NCBI GenBank assembly: GCA_015233495.1
Contig: JADFXQ010000003.1
Location: 5,860 to 69,859 of the forward strand
Source: Candidatus Omnitrophota bacterium
Lineage (GTDB): Bacteria > Omnitrophota > Gorgyraeia > Zapsychrales > Zapsychraceae
Direction of reading: 5' to 3'
DNA length: 64,000 nucleotides
Part shown: positions 38,432-47,221 of the stretch, in pieces
Layout of the letters: each line of letters begins with the position of its first letter
How positions within the stretch are numbered: position 1 is the stretch's first letter
The notes under the pieces: model-generated
Told to the model about the DNA's origin: nothing
What the model saw: the letters and a program-made list of their open reading frames with translations, nothing else
The model's database searches: none
Made by a program: the position numbers and the translations under genes

Positions 38432-39205
38432 TCATTGTTTCTCGACCGCGTTATGGTTGAAAAGGATGTCCTGCAATAAATTAATCAAACGTTCTTTATT
38501 AACCACGGGAATAAATCGCCCTTCCATCGCAATAGAAATTTCACCCGTTTCTTCCGAGACCATGAGAACGATGGCATCGGTGTGCTCCGTGATGCCCAGA
38601 GCCGCCCGATGGCGCGTGCCAATAATTTTGCTCAAATGCGGATTTTCGGTTAAAGGAAACAAACAGGCAATCGCGGCAATCCTATCCCGACGGATAATCG
38701 CGCCGCCGTCATGCGCCGGAGCAACCGGCAAAAAAACACTTTGGATCAATTCGGAAGAAATCCGCGCGTCTAAAGCGATGCCGCTGCTGATATACGTTTC
38801 TAATTTCACAGTGCGCTCAATAGCCAGCAAACAACCGACTTTTTGTTTTGCCAAACGAAACAAGGCGTCGGAAAGCTCGGCAATAATCAGGTTACGGTCT
38901 TTTTCTTCCAAGCCTAAAGAAAAAAAACTCCGTTCTCCCAGGCGGGCCAACCCCTGCCGCAGTTCCTGTTGAAACAAAACAATCATCCCAATGATCGACA
39001 AGGCAAAAAGTTTAGTCAACAACCAATTCAGCGTGTCTAAACCCAAAATCTGGCAAAATAAAAATAAAACCAGCAAATAGGCCATGCCTTTTAAAACCTG
39101 AAAGGCGCGGGTCCCGATAAAAAAGGCCAGCATCCGGTAATAAATGATCCAGAGGATCAATATCTCAATCGCCGGTTTAGTGAATTTCCAGTAAAAATAT
39201 TCCAT
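38432..39205 (-). CDS. cdaA: Diadenylate cyclase (membrane-anchored CdaA/DacA type)
   Basis: Three N-terminal TM helices then DAC domain with DGAIIRRDRIAA and RHRAALGITEHTDAIVLMVSEETGEISIA. Confidence 0.85.
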   Translation of the reverse strand: MEYFYWKFTKPAIEILILWIIYYRMLAFFIGTRAFQVLKGMAYLLVLFLFCQILGLDTLNWLLTKLFALSIIGMIVLFQQELRQGLARLGERSFFSLGLEEKDRNLIIAELSDALFRLAKQKVGCLLAIERTVKLETYISSGIALDARISSELIQSVFLPVAPAHDGGAIIRRDRIAAIACLFPLTENPHLSKIIGTRHRAALGITEHTDAIVLMVSEETGEISIAMEGRFIPVVNKERLINLLQDILFNHNAVEKQ

Positions 39206-39220
39206 AGTAAAAAAATTAAA

Positions 39221-40114
39221 TTAAACTGCCTTTTCCAATAAAACGCTGTCCATCACTCTTACCGCTTCCACTATGGGCCGGACATCGTGAACCCGGACTA
39301 TATGCGCCCCGCGGCTCACCGCCGCGCAGACCGCGGCGATTGTGCCGGATAACCGGTTTTCTACCGCGGCGTTAAGAATTTCTCCGATAAAAAATTTCCG
39401 CGATGGTCCGATCAAGACCGGTTGACCGATTTGATGAAAAGAATCCAGACGGTTAATGATTTCCAAGTTATGCGCCGTGGTCTTGCCAAAACCGATCCCC
39501 GGATCAATTATGATTTTATCGCGGCGGATCCCGGCGTCCAAACAAATATTGACCGCGCGGCGCAGGGCGTCATAAATTTCCTGGACCGCGTTGCCATAGT
39601 GAATATTTTTTTGCATGGTCCGGGGTTTGCCGCGCATATGCATCAAAACAACGGCCGCGCAATAATTGCGTACCGCGCGCAATAATGACTGCTCCGGTTT
39701 TTCCCCCAAAGAACAACCCTGAATCGTATTAATGATTGTCGCGCCGGCATCCAAAGCCGCCCGAGCCACGGAAACCTTGTAAGTGTCGACGGAAATCGGC
39801 ACCCGCAGTTTTCCGGCGATTGCTTTAACTACCGGGATCACCCGCCGGACTTCTTCGGCAGCGGAAACCGCGGCCGCTTGCGGCCGTGTTGACTCTCCGC
39901 CGATATCAATGATGTCCGCGCCTGCTTCCGCCATCCGGCAAGCCCGCTCGGCAGCGGCCCGCACATCTCCCGGCTTTTTTATCCGCAGCCCGTCGTTGCT
40001 AAACGAATCCGGCGTGACATTCAGGATCCCCATAACCGAGGTGCGCGCCCCCAAATGGTAGCGGCGGCCGCCAACCGTAATTTCGTAAACAGGACGCATA
40101 GGTTTTAATGACAA
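39221..40114 (-). CDS. folP: Dihydropteroate synthase
   Basis: GILNVTPDSFSNDG pterin-binding motif and DIIDIGGESTRP. 297 aa. Confidence 0.9.
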   Translation of the reverse strand: MSLKPMRPVYEITVGGRRYHLGARTSVMGILNVTPDSFSNDGLRIKKPGDVRAAAERACRMAEAGADIIDIGGESTRPQAAAVSAAEEVRRVIPVVKAIAGKLRVPISVDTYKVSVARAALDAGATIINTIQGCSLGEKPEQSLLRAVRNYCAAVVLMHMRGKPRTMQKNIHYGNAVQEIYDALRRAVNICLDAGIRRDKIIIDPGIGFGKTTAHNLEIINRLDSFHQIGQPVLIGPSRKFFIGEILNAAVENRLSGTIAAVCAAVSRGAHIVRVHDVRPIVEAVRVMDSVLLEKAV

Positions 40115-40117
40115 ATA

Positions 40118-42025
40118 TTACGCGGCACTCACCGTTTTCTCTGCGAATAAAGCCTTGGCTTCTTCGATATCCAATACTTCTTTCTCAATCAGCCGCTGCG
40201 CGATGATTTCCAATTTATCCTTATGGTCAAGCAACAATTTTTTCGCCCGATCATACGCTTCTTGGACTAAACGCCGCACTTCGAGATCAATCTGCCGCGC
40301 GGTTTCATCGCTGTAATCCTTACGCTGCATCAAATCGCGGCCGAGAAAACCCGGGCCTTCTTGTTCTTCATAAGCCAAAGGTCCCAAAGCATCGGTCATG
40401 CCATAGCGGCAAACCATTTGCCGAGCGATAGCCGTCACTTTTTGCAAATCATTAGAAACGCCTGTCGTCGTGTCTTTCGCAAAAATCTCTTCCGCCACCA
40501 TGCCGCCTAAAGATACCACCATCCGGCCTTTCAATTCTTTTCGGTTCATATAGTGCTTATCCTCAGTCGGCGGAGTTAAGGTATAGCCGCCGGCCATCCC
40601 GCGGGGGATAATCGAAACTTTCGTGAAGGTATTGACTTCTTCGATTAGGTACGACAAAAGCGCGTGTCCCGCTTCATGATAAGCGGTTTCTTCTTTTTCC
40701 TTTTTCGAAATGGCCCGGCTCTTTTTTTCCGGCCCCATGGTAACGCGCTCTACGGCCGCGTAAAATTCCGCCATCGTAACCGTGTCTTTATTCCGACGCG
40801 CGGCCAACAAAGCCGCTTCATTACACACGTTTGCCAGATCCGCTCCGGAAAAATAAACGGTTTGCTGGGCAATTTTTCGCAAATCCACGTCCGGGGATAA
40901 TTTGATGCCCAAAGAATGCACTTTTAAAATTCCTTCCCGGCCATTGATATCCGGCAAAGCGACTACGATCTGCCGGTCGAACCGCCCGGGCCTTAATAAC
41001 GCCGGGTCTAACGTGTCCGGCCGGTTGGTCGCCGCGATACAAATCACCCCGCCTTGCGTGTTGAACCCGTCCATTTCCACCAAAAGAGCATTGAGCGTCT
41101 GTTCGCGTTCATCATTGCCGCCGCCGATCCCGGCAAAACGCTGCCGGCCGACTGCGTCGATTTCATCAATAAAAATGATCGCCCCTTTCCCCGAAGTCAA
41201 AGATGCTTTGCGGCCCTGTTCGAACAGATCCCGCACTCGGGAAGCTCCAACCCCGACAAACATCTCGACAAAATCCGAACCGCTCAGCGAAAAAAACGGC
41301 ACTCCCGCTTCCCCGGCAACGGCGCGGGCTAAAAGGGTTTTGCCTGTGCCCGGAGGTCCGATCAACAAAACGCCTTTCGGAATTTTCCCGCCCAATCGTT
41401 GAAATTTTTTCGGCTCTTTTAAAAACTCAATGACTTCCTGCAATTCTTCCTTAGCCTCATCAACCCCGGCCACATTGGCAAAGGTCACTTCGCTTTTTTC
41501 ATTGTTCGACATCCGAGCCCGCGATTTTCCGAAAGACCAAATCCGGTTGCCCACTTGATTGCCGCGGAAAGACAAATACCAAAATAAAAAAAACAACAAG
41601 ACGATCGGACCGAAATTCATAAAAATCTGGCCCCAAAAAACCTGCGGCGGCACAACGGAAAAATTCGGAACATTTTCCCGGATCGCGTTTAAGAGCCCGT
41701 CGTCCTTCTGGGGAATATTCAACCGAAACGCTGTCCCGTCTTTCATCGTCCCTTTCAAGACATTCTCGGCGCTTTCGATCAATTGCAAATCTTTGATCTT
41801 GCCGGTTCGCGGGTTATCCTTAACTAAGGAATAAAATTCGCTGTAAGAAATTTTTTTGACTGATTCTTTCACCATATTGTCCGAATGGCTCAAAAGCATC
41901 AAAAAAATAAACCCCAAGACTACCCATACCACCCAATTATTATCCGGGGGCACCGGCCCTCTACGCTGTTGCCGCGGCGCTGCGGGCCGCTTGGGAATAT
42001 TGGTGGGCGGAAAAGACTGATTCAT
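40118..42025 (-). CDS. ftsH: ATP-dependent zinc metalloprotease FtsH
   Basis: AAA+ Walker A GPPGTGKT, second region of homology, and HEAGHAL zinc site. 635 aa. Confidence 0.95.
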   Translation of the reverse strand: MNQSFPPTNIPKRPAAPRQQRRGPVPPDNNWVVWVVLGFIFLMLLSHSDNMVKESVKKISYSEFYSLVKDNPRTGKIKDLQLIESAENVLKGTMKDGTAFRLNIPQKDDGLLNAIRENVPNFSVVPPQVFWGQIFMNFGPIVLLFFLFWYLSFRGNQVGNRIWSFGKSRARMSNNEKSEVTFANVAGVDEAKEELQEVIEFLKEPKKFQRLGGKIPKGVLLIGPPGTGKTLLARAVAGEAGVPFFSLSGSDFVEMFVGVGASRVRDLFEQGRKASLTSGKGAIIFIDEIDAVGRQRFAGIGGGNDEREQTLNALLVEMDGFNTQGGVICIAATNRPDTLDPALLRPGRFDRQIVVALPDINGREGILKVHSLGIKLSPDVDLRKIAQQTVYFSGADLANVCNEAALLAARRNKDTVTMAEFYAAVERVTMGPEKKSRAISKKEKEETAYHEAGHALLSYLIEEVNTFTKVSIIPRGMAGGYTLTPPTEDKHYMNRKELKGRMVVSLGGMVAEEIFAKDTTTGVSNDLQKVTAIARQMVCRYGMTDALGPLAYEEQEGPGFLGRDLMQRKDYSDETARQIDLEVRRLVQEAYDRAKKLLLDHKDKLEIIAQRLIEKEVLDIEEAKALFAEKTVSAA

Positions 42026-42152
42026 ATTGCCAGATCCATTTTTAAAAGATTTAAAAAAACCGCTTTCACGATGCCTTAACGATTATAAACGAAACCGTCT
42101 TTTATTCAATCGAAATATCCAATTGACCTCGTCGCTTAATCAAGCCCGGTTC

Positions 42153-43151
42153 TTAGGCTGATGCTAATAACTTGAAAATTACCTGCGTATCGTTCATCTT
42201 AACCCGCAAACCCTGGGGCAAATCAATTTCCTCAACGCAGCGGCGCTGCGTCAGCATGGCCGCAATATTTTGTATATGCGCAAAAGTGATTTGGCGCGTA
42301 TCCCCCTTGAGCTTTTTGATCAATTGCCTAAGAACCGTCCGCTGGATGGCGGGATGCTGCCGGCTTAAAACCCCGCGGTCAACCGCGATCGTCGCGCGCC
42401 GGGGATTCAAAGTCGCCAACCGCGCGATCAATCGCCGCGCCGTCTGTTCGATAAAATCATAATCTGTGGCCGCGGCAGCTGCGTGATTCGCTAATATTTC
42501 GACGATCCGGGGATTATACTGCTTTCGCAGTAACGGCATCAGTTCGTGGCGGATTTGATTGCGGGTAAAATCCAGTTGCTTGTTCGTCGGATCAAGCCGA
42601 AAAGTCAATGATCCCGCAGCCAAAAAATCGAGAATTTGCGCGCGGCTGACTGGCAGCAGCGGACGGATAAATGCCACTTCTTCAATGATCCGACGCGGCC
42701 AGATCGCGCCCATTCCTTCTAACCCCGAACCGCGCAACAATCGCATTAAAACCGTCTCCGCCAGGTCGTCTTGATGCTGTCCCAAAGCCACCGCATCCGC
42801 TTTTATTTTTTTTGCCAGAGCGGTTAAAAAAGCTATCCGTTCGATCCGGGAGTTTTGCTCCAGCGACCCTTTGGCAATTCGAGGCTTTTCCCAAAAGCCA
42901 ACCTGCAACGGAACCCCCCATTGCTGTGCCAGCTTTTTGACAAACGCGGCGTCCGCAGCCTCGCCGCGGCGCAGCTGATGATTGAAATGCGCGAAATGCA
43001 GCCGGATTCCCAGTTCCTGGCGCAAGGCGCGCAAAACCGCGCCTAACGCGACCGAATCCGGCCCGCCGGAAATGCCGACGATGATCAAATCCCCTTTTCG
43101 GACCAATCGTTCTTGACGAATAAATTGAAGAATCTGATTCGGGAAGTTCAT
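42153..43151 (-). CDS. tilS: tRNA(Ile)-lysidine synthetase
   Basis: PP-loop SGGPDS motif (IVGISGGPDSVAL). 332 aa. Confidence 0.85.
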   Translation of the reverse strand: MNFPNQILQFIRQERLVRKGDLIIVGISGGPDSVALGAVLRALRQELGIRLHFAHFNHQLRRGEAADAAFVKKLAQQWGVPLQVGFWEKPRIAKGSLEQNSRIERIAFLTALAKKIKADAVALGQHQDDLAETVLMRLLRGSGLEGMGAIWPRRIIEEVAFIRPLLPVSRAQILDFLAAGSLTFRLDPTNKQLDFTRNQIRHELMPLLRKQYNPRIVEILANHAAAAATDYDFIEQTARRLIARLATLNPRRATIAVDRGVLSRQHPAIQRTVLRQLIKKLKGDTRQITFAHIQNIAAMLTQRRCVEEIDLPQGLRVKMNDTQVIFKLLASA

Positions 43152-43205
43152 CCTGTTATGCCCGGGAAAAAATCAACTTGATAAATTTTATATTGCCAGG
43201 CTCCG

Positions 43206-43745
43206 TTAATCAGCCATGTAACCGCGCTGTTCCCGACGAGCTTCCTGATAGGCTTGACGCAACTGATCCGCGTAACGCATATGGGCGGGTTCAATATGCA
43301 GCTGGGCATAGCCCTGACGCAAAATTTCCGCGTTGATAAATAAATTATCTTCCTCCCGGAACACATACGCCACCGTATGCTGACGTTCATTGGTCTTTTC
43401 GCTGTCAAACTCCAGTTTGACTTTTTTCCCGACGACCAAACGGCGGATAAAATCCCGGGCTTGATCTTCCCAACTGATTTCGAAACTGGCCGGTTCCGCG
43501 GGCACCAGGAAACCATTTTCATCGCGCTTGACGCTATTACGCGAACGTGAAGTTTCTCCCACCGTCAAACCGATCAAGTCGACAACTTGGTCATCCTCCA
43601 AAAGGATCGTGTTCGGCCCCAAGACGTCTTTAACCACCTGATAAACGGATACGGTGTTGCCATTGAGAAAAGCGTCTAACCGGGATTGACCGAAAGCCGC
43701 GGCAGAGCTAAAAAAAACGAGACAAAAGAAAAATATTTTTTTCAT
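43206..43745 (-). CDS. Secreted thermonuclease (staphylococcal nuclease/SNase-like)
   Basis: Signal peptide MKKIFFFCLVFFSSAAAFGQ. SNc-like core (VKLEFDSEKTNERQHTVAYVF...NAEILRQGYA). Confidence 0.65.
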   Translation of the reverse strand: MKKIFFFCLVFFSSAAAFGQSRLDAFLNGNTVSVYQVVKDVLGPNTILLEDDQVVDLIGLTVGETSRSRNSVKRDENGFLVPAEPASFEISWEDQARDFIRRLVVGKKVKLEFDSEKTNERQHTVAYVFREEDNLFINAEILRQGYAQLHIEPAHMRYADQLRQAYQEARREQRGYMAD

Positions 43746-43789
43746 GTTAAGACCGTGATTTTATTCCGAACGCAGTTTATTTTTCGATC

Positions 43790-43990
43790 CTATCCGGAAC
43801 GGGCAACCGTTTTTATAAAATTAACAATTGAGCGATCATAACCCTTCTCTATCCCAGGGGGGAAATAACAGGCCGGCAGGGCGGCTTTCTTGCGGTGATA
43901 AGCCACGCATTGACAGCAGACGCCTTTTTTGGCGCAGGACGCGAAGGTGCAATTGCAATTTTTCAGATTTTCTTCTTTAAGACACTCCAC
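43790..43990 (-). CDS. Small cysteine-rich protein (66 aa; CNC...C...CCQC...C pattern; resembles a DUF6485-type family, name uncertain)
   Basis: Eight Cys in 45 residues in an NCNCTFASCAKKGVCCQCVAYH...PAC arrangement, suggesting a metal-binding knuckle. Overlaps the upstream membrane-protein gene by 14 nt. Confidence 0.5.
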   Translation of the reverse strand: MECLKEENLKNCNCTFASCAKKGVCCQCVAYHRKKAALPACYFPPGIEKGYDRSIVNFIKTVARSG

Positions 43991-44624
43991 TGGGAACAGC
44001 TCCTTCCTCGCGCTTCATTAATTGACGATACACGTGCGCCGAAGCGATGCCCACAGTGGGAATGGCGATCAATAAACCTACAAACAGGCACAATATACCC
44101 AACATCAGAATTCCGCAATACACGGCCCCAAATAGCAACAAGTTGAATGTCGAACCGCGAGTAATCGCAAAACTTTTATTCAAAGCCGCAATAATTCCTA
44201 AATCTTTATCCACGATCAAATAACCAAAAAATTGCAGACGGATAGCGAAAATAATTCCCGGGACAATCAGTAAAAGCAGGCCAAAGACCACCACCAAGCC
44301 GCATAAAAGTCCCGCCACAAATAATTTCCAAGCTAAACGCCAATGTTGAAATAATGTCGCATACTTTAATTTTATAAAATCACAAAATCCCAGGTAGATC
44401 TTCGTTAAACCGGCAGCGATAAGCGAACTTAAAACCACGGCCAAGAGATAAAAAAATAGAAAGGCGAACAATTGTTTTTTATCAAAATAACTCGACAATA
44501 ACTGCGGAACAAGCGGAACCAGCCACGCCAGCAGGATCATCCAAATAAAATATGCCTTATTGGCTTTTACCGAATCCCAACCGAACCGGATCGCTTCCTC
44601 CATCGAAAACCGTGGCTCGCGCAT
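43977..44624 (-). CDS. Hypothetical polytopic membrane protein (DUF975-like N-terminal FGW motif)
   Basis: EEAIRFGWDSVKANK followed by 5-6 TM helices. Confidence 0.5.
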   Translation of the reverse strand: MREPRFSMEEAIRFGWDSVKANKAYFIWMILLAWLVPLVPQLLSSYFDKKQLFAFLFFYLLAVVLSSLIAAGLTKIYLGFCDFIKLKYATLFQHWRLAWKLFVAGLLCGLVVVFGLLLLIVPGIIFAIRLQFFGYLIVDKDLGIIAALNKSFAITRGSTFNLLLFGAVYCGILMLGILCLFVGLLIAIPTVGIASAHVYRQLMKREEGAVPSGVS

Positions 44625-44639
44625 ATCCCGCTCCTCCTG

Positions 44640-44765
44640 TTATTTACTCGTCGCTTTATAAATCGCGTAACCGGCGGCCGCGCTTAAAGCCGTCCCGATA
44701 ACGGCGCATCCGGAAAATGAAACCAAGGTCAAGGCGAGTGCCGCAAGATAAATGAATTTTTTCAA
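44640..44765 (-). CDS. Unannotated sORF: 41-aa putative lipoprotein with glycine-zipper-like tail (TTG start)
   Basis: Reverse strand reads TTG-AAA-AAA... giving (M)KKFIYLAALALTLVSFSGCAVIGTALSAAAGYAIYKATSK, stop TAA at 44640-44642. Lipobox FSGC and AAGGA 8 nt upstream of TTG. Below the 60-aa cutoff of the ORF track. Confidence 0.35.
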   Translation of the reverse strand: MKKFIYLAALALTLVSFSGCAVIGTALSAAAGYAIYKATSK

Positions 44766-44792
44766 CCTGACGTCCTTTGTGTGGGGCGGAGC

Positions 44793-45239
44793 TTAAGACT
44801 TGCCTTGCATCACATCCATGACCCGCTGGCTAACGCCTTGTTTTTTAAGATAGTCCAAATCCTCCGCGGTGAGGGCGAATTGGGATTTGGTGGTTTTGAG
44901 CTTAGCGATAATATCGTCGCTCGATAAGCCTTGTTTGGCGAGATCAACGACATTCTGGATCGAAAGCGCTGCCGCAGTCGTAGTGGCCGGCGCGGCGGTT
45001 GCGGCTTGCGGCTTATCGATCTGCGAACCCACAATCGCGCCTCCGGCTGCGCCTACAGCGCCGCCGATCAAAGCCCCAGCCACGTCGTTGCCGCCCTGAT
45101 GCCCGATGACCCCGCCGGCAACCGCGCCCAACAGACCGCCAATTCCGGCGCCTTCCCCGATCCGCGTTTTATTTTCAGCGCAACCCGTGAGCCATGCCAG
45201 TGTCACTACGGCTAAACCCAGACAAATAATTTTTTTCAT
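44793..45239 (-). CDS. Lipoprotein with glycine-zipper (GxxxG repeat) region
   Basis: Signal peptide + lipobox LTGC, then GGLLGAVAGGVIGHQGGNDVAGALIGGAVGAAGGAIVG glycine zipper. Thr/Ala-rich linker and C-terminal ~50-aa domain. Confidence 0.65.
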   Translation of the reverse strand: MKKIICLGLAVVTLAWLTGCAENKTRIGEGAGIGGLLGAVAGGVIGHQGGNDVAGALIGGAVGAAGGAIVGSQIDKPQAATAAPATTTAAALSIQNVVDLAKQGLSSDDIIAKLKTTKSQFALTAEDLDYLKKQGVSQRVMDVMQGKS

Positions 45240-45324
45240 GCCGCGACTCCTGTTTGAGTAATTCCGGTTTATCTCTTTACTAAAATTTTATTAGGAATAT
45301 CTGTCCCGGCAATAGAAATTTTAA

Positions 45325-46095
45325 TTACTTTTCCCGGCAGGATTTTGGCTCGCCGCGTTTACGGCCAAAAATTTTACGGGCTGCCTGATACTCCGCCGCG
45401 AAACCCCATTTTTTAACCAACGCGTTCGCTTCCCGTTCAGCGTCACAAGAGACATTTCCCTTTAAAATATGTTCCAACACCCGATGGGCCAATTCATGCG
45501 CTATAACCCCTTCAATCGGCGCCGTCGACTTCGCCAGGTCATCTAAGGCCGTGCTCAATTTGATCAGAGTGAATCCGTTTTCAAAAGCCGGCGCGTATTC
45601 CGGGGAGGCGATAATTTCAGAAGAATTCCCGAACCGGGCAGTGCCGCCGGCGTAATATTCGGTGAAAACAACCGGACGGCGGCGGTCCGTGACGGTCACA
45701 AAATCGGCAAACGGGATCCGTTCCAAGACATTTTGAATCGCCATATAGACCTTCCCGGACGGGCCGCAAAATTCGTCTAAATATTCCCGCACTGCTTCTT
45801 TGCGGCTATTGGTCAGCCACTCTTGGACTTTTCCGTTTTGGATGTGAAAACTCAATAGACCGGCAAAATCTTCTTTTAAAGGATCATTGAAGGTCAACCA
45901 TTCATCCTCGCCGCGCTTTAAAAAAGTCCGCGCCTTATTGTGAGGATAAAGTTTAAAAAAATCATCCCGCGGCATACCAACGTAAACACCGTGAATTTGA
46001 ACCGGGTATCGCCCAGACGGTTCGGCAGACAGAACCAGAGGATTCAAGATTAAAAAAAATAGAATAATTATTGCTGGGATTTGGAGTTGACGCAT
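45325..46095 (-). CDS. Secreted putative zinc metalloprotease (HExxH)
   Basis: Signal peptide, then HELAH (IAHELAHRVLEH) zinc-binding motif near the C-terminus. Confidence 0.5.
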   Translation of the reverse strand: MRQLQIPAIIILFFLILNPLVLSAEPSGRYPVQIHGVYVGMPRDDFFKLYPHNKARTFLKRGEDEWLTFNDPLKEDFAGLLSFHIQNGKVQEWLTNSRKEAVREYLDEFCGPSGKVYMAIQNVLERIPFADFVTVTDRRRPVVFTEYYAGGTARFGNSSEIIASPEYAPAFENGFTLIKLSTALDDLAKSTAPIEGVIAHELAHRVLEHILKGNVSCDAEREANALVKKWGFAAEYQAARKIFGRKRGEPKSCREK

Positions 46096-46195
46096 ATGAC
46101 TCCTTATGAAAGCTGAAAGGAGAGAGGTGAGCGGTGAACGTTATTGCCGATTTGCGGCAATAACTTTATTTTTTTTCGCCTTTTGGCGAAAAAAA

Positions 46196-46269
46196 TAGCG
46201 GGGGGCGGAATTGAACCGCCGACACTGCGGGTATGAGCCGCATGCTCTAACCATCTGAGCTACCCCGCC
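46196..46269 (-). tRNA. tRNA with CAT anticodon (elongator tRNA-Met, or tRNA-Ile2 if lysidinylated)
   Basis: Acceptor GGCGGGG/CCCCGCT (G1-U72), D-arm GCTC-AGATGGTTA-GAGC, anticodon stem TGCGG/CCGCA with loop CTCATAC, T-arm GGCGG-TTCAATT-CCGCC. Lacks the initiator 3xGC anticodon stem. Confidence 0.75.
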
Positions 46270-46311
46270 ATCAAGGCTGATTCGCGAAAAACGAAGCCAG
46301 ATTGTACCGGA

Positions 46312-46614
46312 TTATCGCAAAAAAATCAAATATAAAAGCCAAACCGCGATCCCCGCGGCGATAAGATAAAAATCATTGAAATAAAAAAAATCGCGCATCC
46401 GTTCCGCGGAGGTATACACATACTCCACCGTTTCTTTCGCGATCACGCCGGCATTGCGCAGGGATAACACATCCGCCCGCTTCAATCGCAAAAATTTATT
46501 GGCAATGCGATACGCCTGCAAGTGACGCTGTTCGATCAGGTCCATCACTTTTTTTTCCGAGATTTCCAGCAGTTGTGCCGTTTCCCGAACCGATATATAT
46601 TGCGAGTTTGTCAT
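46312..46614 (-). CDS. Membrane-anchored helix-turn-helix protein (excisionase/MerR-type HTH_17 N-terminus, C-terminal TM helix)
   Basis: ISVRETAQLLEISEKKVMDLIEQRHLQAYRIANK resembles excisionase-family HTH. C-terminal LIAAGIAVWLLYLIFL hydrophobic anchor. Confidence 0.55.
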   Translation of the reverse strand: MTNSQYISVRETAQLLEISEKKVMDLIEQRHLQAYRIANKFLRLKRADVLSLRNAGVIAKETVEYVYTSAERMRDFFYFNDFYLIAAGIAVWLLYLIFLR

Positions 46615-46656
46615 TCGTCAGTCTTCCCGCTGGTTTAATTGCCCGGCGTTACTGTC

Positions 46657-47208
46657 TTATCTCACCTGCCCGGTCGAAGCCCAAGAATCAATTTGGTCAC
46701 GGTCAAATTTCCATTCTTCCCCTTTGCGCACCGCGGGAATTTTTCCGGCTTTCGCCAATTCATCAATCTCCCGCGGATCAATTTCCAAATAACGCGCCAC
46801 ATCGCTCAATGTTAACAGATTATCCTCTCCCGGGCCATTGCTTTCGGCGCGCATCTGCATCATCCGGCAGTTGCCGTCAAAAACCGCCCCTTCGACGATA
46901 TTCAACTTCGGCGTTTCCACGTCGCCCTTGAGAATCGCGGTCGGCATAAGAACCAACATCCGTTTTGCCGCAATATTGCCATTTACCCGGCCGGCAATGA
47001 TTATATTCTCGCCTTTAATATGCGCTTCCACCTTCGCCATACCCCCGATAGTCAAAGTCCCGCAGACTTCCAAACTCCCTTGAAACGTCCCGTTGATTTT
47101 TAAATTCACGGGATCCTTAAAAACCAAAGACCCTTGCATTTCCGCGTTGATCTGGATGCTCTTATCTTCTTCGGGTTTAGGTAATTGTTTTTTCATTCCC
47201 AGCGCCAT
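46657..47208 (-). CDS. Bactofilin-domain protein with C-terminal excisionase-type HTH DNA-binding domain
   Basis: Central beta-helical bactofilin repeats (NGTFQGSLEVCGTLTIGGMAKVEAHIKGENIIIAGRVNGNIAAKRMLVLMPTAILKGDVETPKLNIVEGAVFDGN). C-terminal LLTLSDVARYLEIDPREIDELAKAGKIPAVRKGEEWKF resembles HTH_17. Confidence 0.65.
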   Translation of the reverse strand: MALGMKKQLPKPEEDKSIQINAEMQGSLVFKDPVNLKINGTFQGSLEVCGTLTIGGMAKVEAHIKGENIIIAGRVNGNIAAKRMLVLMPTAILKGDVETPKLNIVEGAVFDGNCRMMQMRAESNGPGEDNLLTLSDVARYLEIDPREIDELAKAGKIPAVRKGEEWKFDRDQIDSWASTGQVR

Positions 47209-47221
47209 AGATTTTTCTCCT

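Noticed and set aside
40664-41433. Several 75-170-aa ORFs antisense or out of frame within ftsH
   Set aside because: They overlap the highly conserved FtsH AAA+/protease coding sequence. Typical shadow ORFs.
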